Origin: a virus
Lineage: Duplodnaviria; Caudoviricetes
Direction: 5' to 3' (one strand)
Virus record (IMG/VR): IMGVR_UViG_3300037247_000947
Coordinates: 1-55,629 of that record
Length of the DNA: 55,629 nucleotides
In this document: one piece after another, positions 53,894-55,629 of the stretch
Layout: every line of letters starts with the position of its first letter
Position numbering within the stretch: position 1 is the stretch's first letter
The notes under the pieces: generated by a model
The model's database searches: none
What the model saw: the letters and a program-made list of their open reading frames with translations, nothing else
What the model was told of the DNA's origin: nothing
Made by a program: the position numbers and the translations under genes

Positions 53894-54842
53894 CATAGTT
53901 CCGTCAACAAAACTCCTATGCGTTACAGTACACAAACTCGCATCCATGACTTGTCTGCGAAAGTATTTCTGGCGGCGCATCCTCAATCTCGAATCAAACA
54001 AGTTGAACAATGCCTTTTGGTACGGCGGTGTCCTCGGTGCCGGCTTTGAGGCCTACCTCCTTGGCAAGAATCCTGAGAAGGCAATGGACAAGGAGGATCG
54101 TCGCCGTCGTCGTGGTAAAATCATCAATCCTGACGACGAGCCTGAGATGGCAGTCCAGCGACGACTTATCTCTCATATTATCAATGAGGCTAAGAAACAA
54201 CCGGATGTGAAGAAAATGAGAATGACTCGTTCTCAGGCTCAATTCAAAGTAAGGTTAAAGGATTCTGGTCTATGGCTCTGTGGGACTGATGACGGCGAAG
54301 GGACTTATGCCGGTTCTCCTTGTGCTTTTGAAGAAAAGACAGCTATACAAGTCAATGCTGCTTATATTACCTCTCTTTCCTTTGACCCACAGATTCACAG
54401 CTATGCGTATGCTCGTCGCCTTGAGAAGAAACCTCCTCTTGCCATGTGTTGCTACTGTATCTTCCAGAAGGTAAAGAAATATGTCAAGAAGAAACAGACT
54501 GTGGATGACTTCTGTGATAGAGAGATACCAGAGGACTTGGCTACTCGTCCTGAGTTCTATTACCATTGGATAAGACTACGCCTCGGACGTCTTACTGTCT
54601 CGGCAGTTGGTCACGATATAGAGAGAGAGGCCACTATCCTCAAGAGTCTTTATGACAGTATGAGTGAGAAGGAAATCCTTGACCCACACAATTGGCCGAG
54701 ACGAAGAGGACTGTGTAGTGATTGGAAGGGCTGTGAGTTTCTTTCCTTATGCAGACGTCCGGCCAAGTGGAAATTGTATCTAAGGTTCTTCAAACAGAGA
54801 GAAATGATGTATGAGATTGAGAAACAGGAGTTGCAAAAATGA
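53886..54842 (+). CDS. PD-(D/E)XK nuclease (RecB/Cas4-like)
   Basis: CLRKY, GTDDG, EEKT, QIHSY, C...CEF..LC. Confidence 0.8.
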   Translation: MPSIVPSTKLLCVTVHKLASMTCLRKYFWRRILNLESNKLNNAFWYGGVLGAGFEAYLLGKNPEKAMDKEDRRRRRGKIINPDDEPEMAVQRRLISHIINEAKKQPDVKKMRMTRSQAQFKVRLKDSGLWLCGTDDGEGTYAGSPCAFEEKTAIQVNAAYITSLSFDPQIHSYAYARRLEKKPPLAMCCYCIFQKVKKYVKKKQTVDDFCDREIPEDLATRPEFYYHWIRLRLGRLTVSAVGHDIEREATILKSLYDSMSEKEILDPHNWPRRRGLCSDWKGCEFLSLCRRPAKWKLYLRFFKQREMMYEIEKQELQK

Positions 54843-55192
54843 AAATTGCCATTGTTGGCTCAAGAAACTTTAGAAACTATGCTCTTTTAGTTGAAATACT
54901 AAGTCCCTATTACGTTGCTCTTCCACTTGATAATTTGATAATCGTCTCAGGAGGCGCACGCGGAGCGGACACTCTCGGCAAGAATTATGCTGAGAATCAT
55001 GGCTTGGACTGTAATATCTTCAAACCAGATTGGGAAAGATATGGAAAGTCAGCAGGGTTTAGGCGCAATCAAACTATCGTTGATGCCTCTGATATAGTAA
55101 TAGCCTTCTGGGATAGCGAGTCAAGAGGGACAGCAGATACGATTGAGAAGGCTAAGAAAGCAAAGAAACCTACTTTAATTGTTTATTATTAA
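54839..55192 (+). CDS. SLOG family protein (DUF2493/YspA-like)
   Basis: IVGSRNF, SGGARGAD, RRN, FWD..SRGT. Confidence 0.85.
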   Translation: MKIAIVGSRNFRNYALLVEILSPYYVALPLDNLIIVSGGARGADTLGKNYAENHGLDCNIFKPDWERYGKSAGFRRNQTIVDASDIVIAFWDSESRGTADTIEKAKKAKKPTLIVYY

Positions 55193-55212
55193 AGACAGAA
55201 AGGAGAACTAAA

Positions 55213-55629
55213 ATGGCACATCTAAGACAGCCAAACAGAACAACCAGAGTACCAAACAGTCCAAGGCGCAAGTCCGAAAAGACCCTTGACTCTCGCCTCA
55301 AGCGCATCTCGGAAGAGCAAGTTATTCACTCCATCCAGTTCGAGATGGAAGCTTCCTCAAGCTGCAAAACCTTCGAGGACACCATCAGTTGCCTCTACGG
55401 TGTTCCAGGAATCGGAAAGTCCCACCTTGCAGAACTTCTTGGCCTTGCGCTACAGAAGAAATACTCCCTCAAGACCTCCGGCGTTTACTTCCTCCAGTGT
55501 GAGCCAATTAACCACTCTTGGCAAATTCGCAAGTCCCGTCTTGACAACTGGGTCACGTTTCGCCAGTTCATAGATAACGCTGAAGCTGACCCATCCTTTG
55601 TCTCGTCGGTCAAGATGTGGGTCATCGAC
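55213..55629 (+). CDS. N-terminal half of AAA_24/Sak4-like ATPase (runs off window end)
   Basis: AGGAG RBS; LYGVPGIGKS Walker A; ends at Walker B MWVID. Confidence 0.75.
   Translation, partial: MAHLRQPNRTTRVPNSPRRKSEKTLDSRLKRISEEQVIHSIQFEMEASSSCKTFEDTISCLYGVPGIGKSHLAELLGLALQKKYSLKTSGVYFLQCEPINHSWQIRKSRLDNWVTFRQFIDNAEADPSFVSSVKMWVID

Noticed and set aside
53886-54842. CRISPR-Cas from the Cas4-like nuclease
   Set aside because: No repeat-spacer array or other cas genes; it sits in a recombination module.
1-55629. Prophage or temperate lifestyle
   Set aside because: No integrase, CI-like repressor, partition genes or host flanks were recognised.
1-55629. Stop-codon reassignment
   Set aside because: Long conserved genes are intact in the standard code, and all three stop codons terminate coupled genes.

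Overview
The window looks like a near-complete, circularly permuted genome (~55.6 kb) of an uncultured tailed dsDNA phage, probably lytic and podovirus-like: it has tail tubular/adaptor and ejection proteins but no tape measure, sheath, integrase or recognisable endolysin. One AAA ATPase gene is cut by the window ends, so the two ends nearly join. There are three transcription blocks. (1) + strand replication/nucleotide block, 44567-55629 and 1-5175: family-4 UDG, HD hydrolase, DNA polymerase A split into exonuclease and polymerase genes, ERCC4 nuclease, metallophosphoesterase, LAGLIDADG-like protein, PD-(D/E)XK nuclease, SLOG protein, Sak4-like ATPase, SSB, DPPD-type MTase, DUF4326, radical SAM and an MCM-like helicase followed by a candidate origin. 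(2) - strand early block, ~10980 to 5300, with an MT-A70 MTase and a catalytically dead ComM C-terminal fragment. (3) - strand late block, 44420 to 11700: TerS, TerL split into two genes, portal, scaffold, MCP, a 1008-aa acidic repeat protein, methyltransferase/glycosyltransferase genes, tail and ejection proteins. The most unusual signals are non-coding. Several 3'-UTR segments next to hairpins are perfectly complementary (10-14 nt) to the phage's own ribosome-binding leaders, and there are ~150-nt structured, partly tRNA-like RNAs. All family assignments come from motif recognition by eye; no database searches were run.
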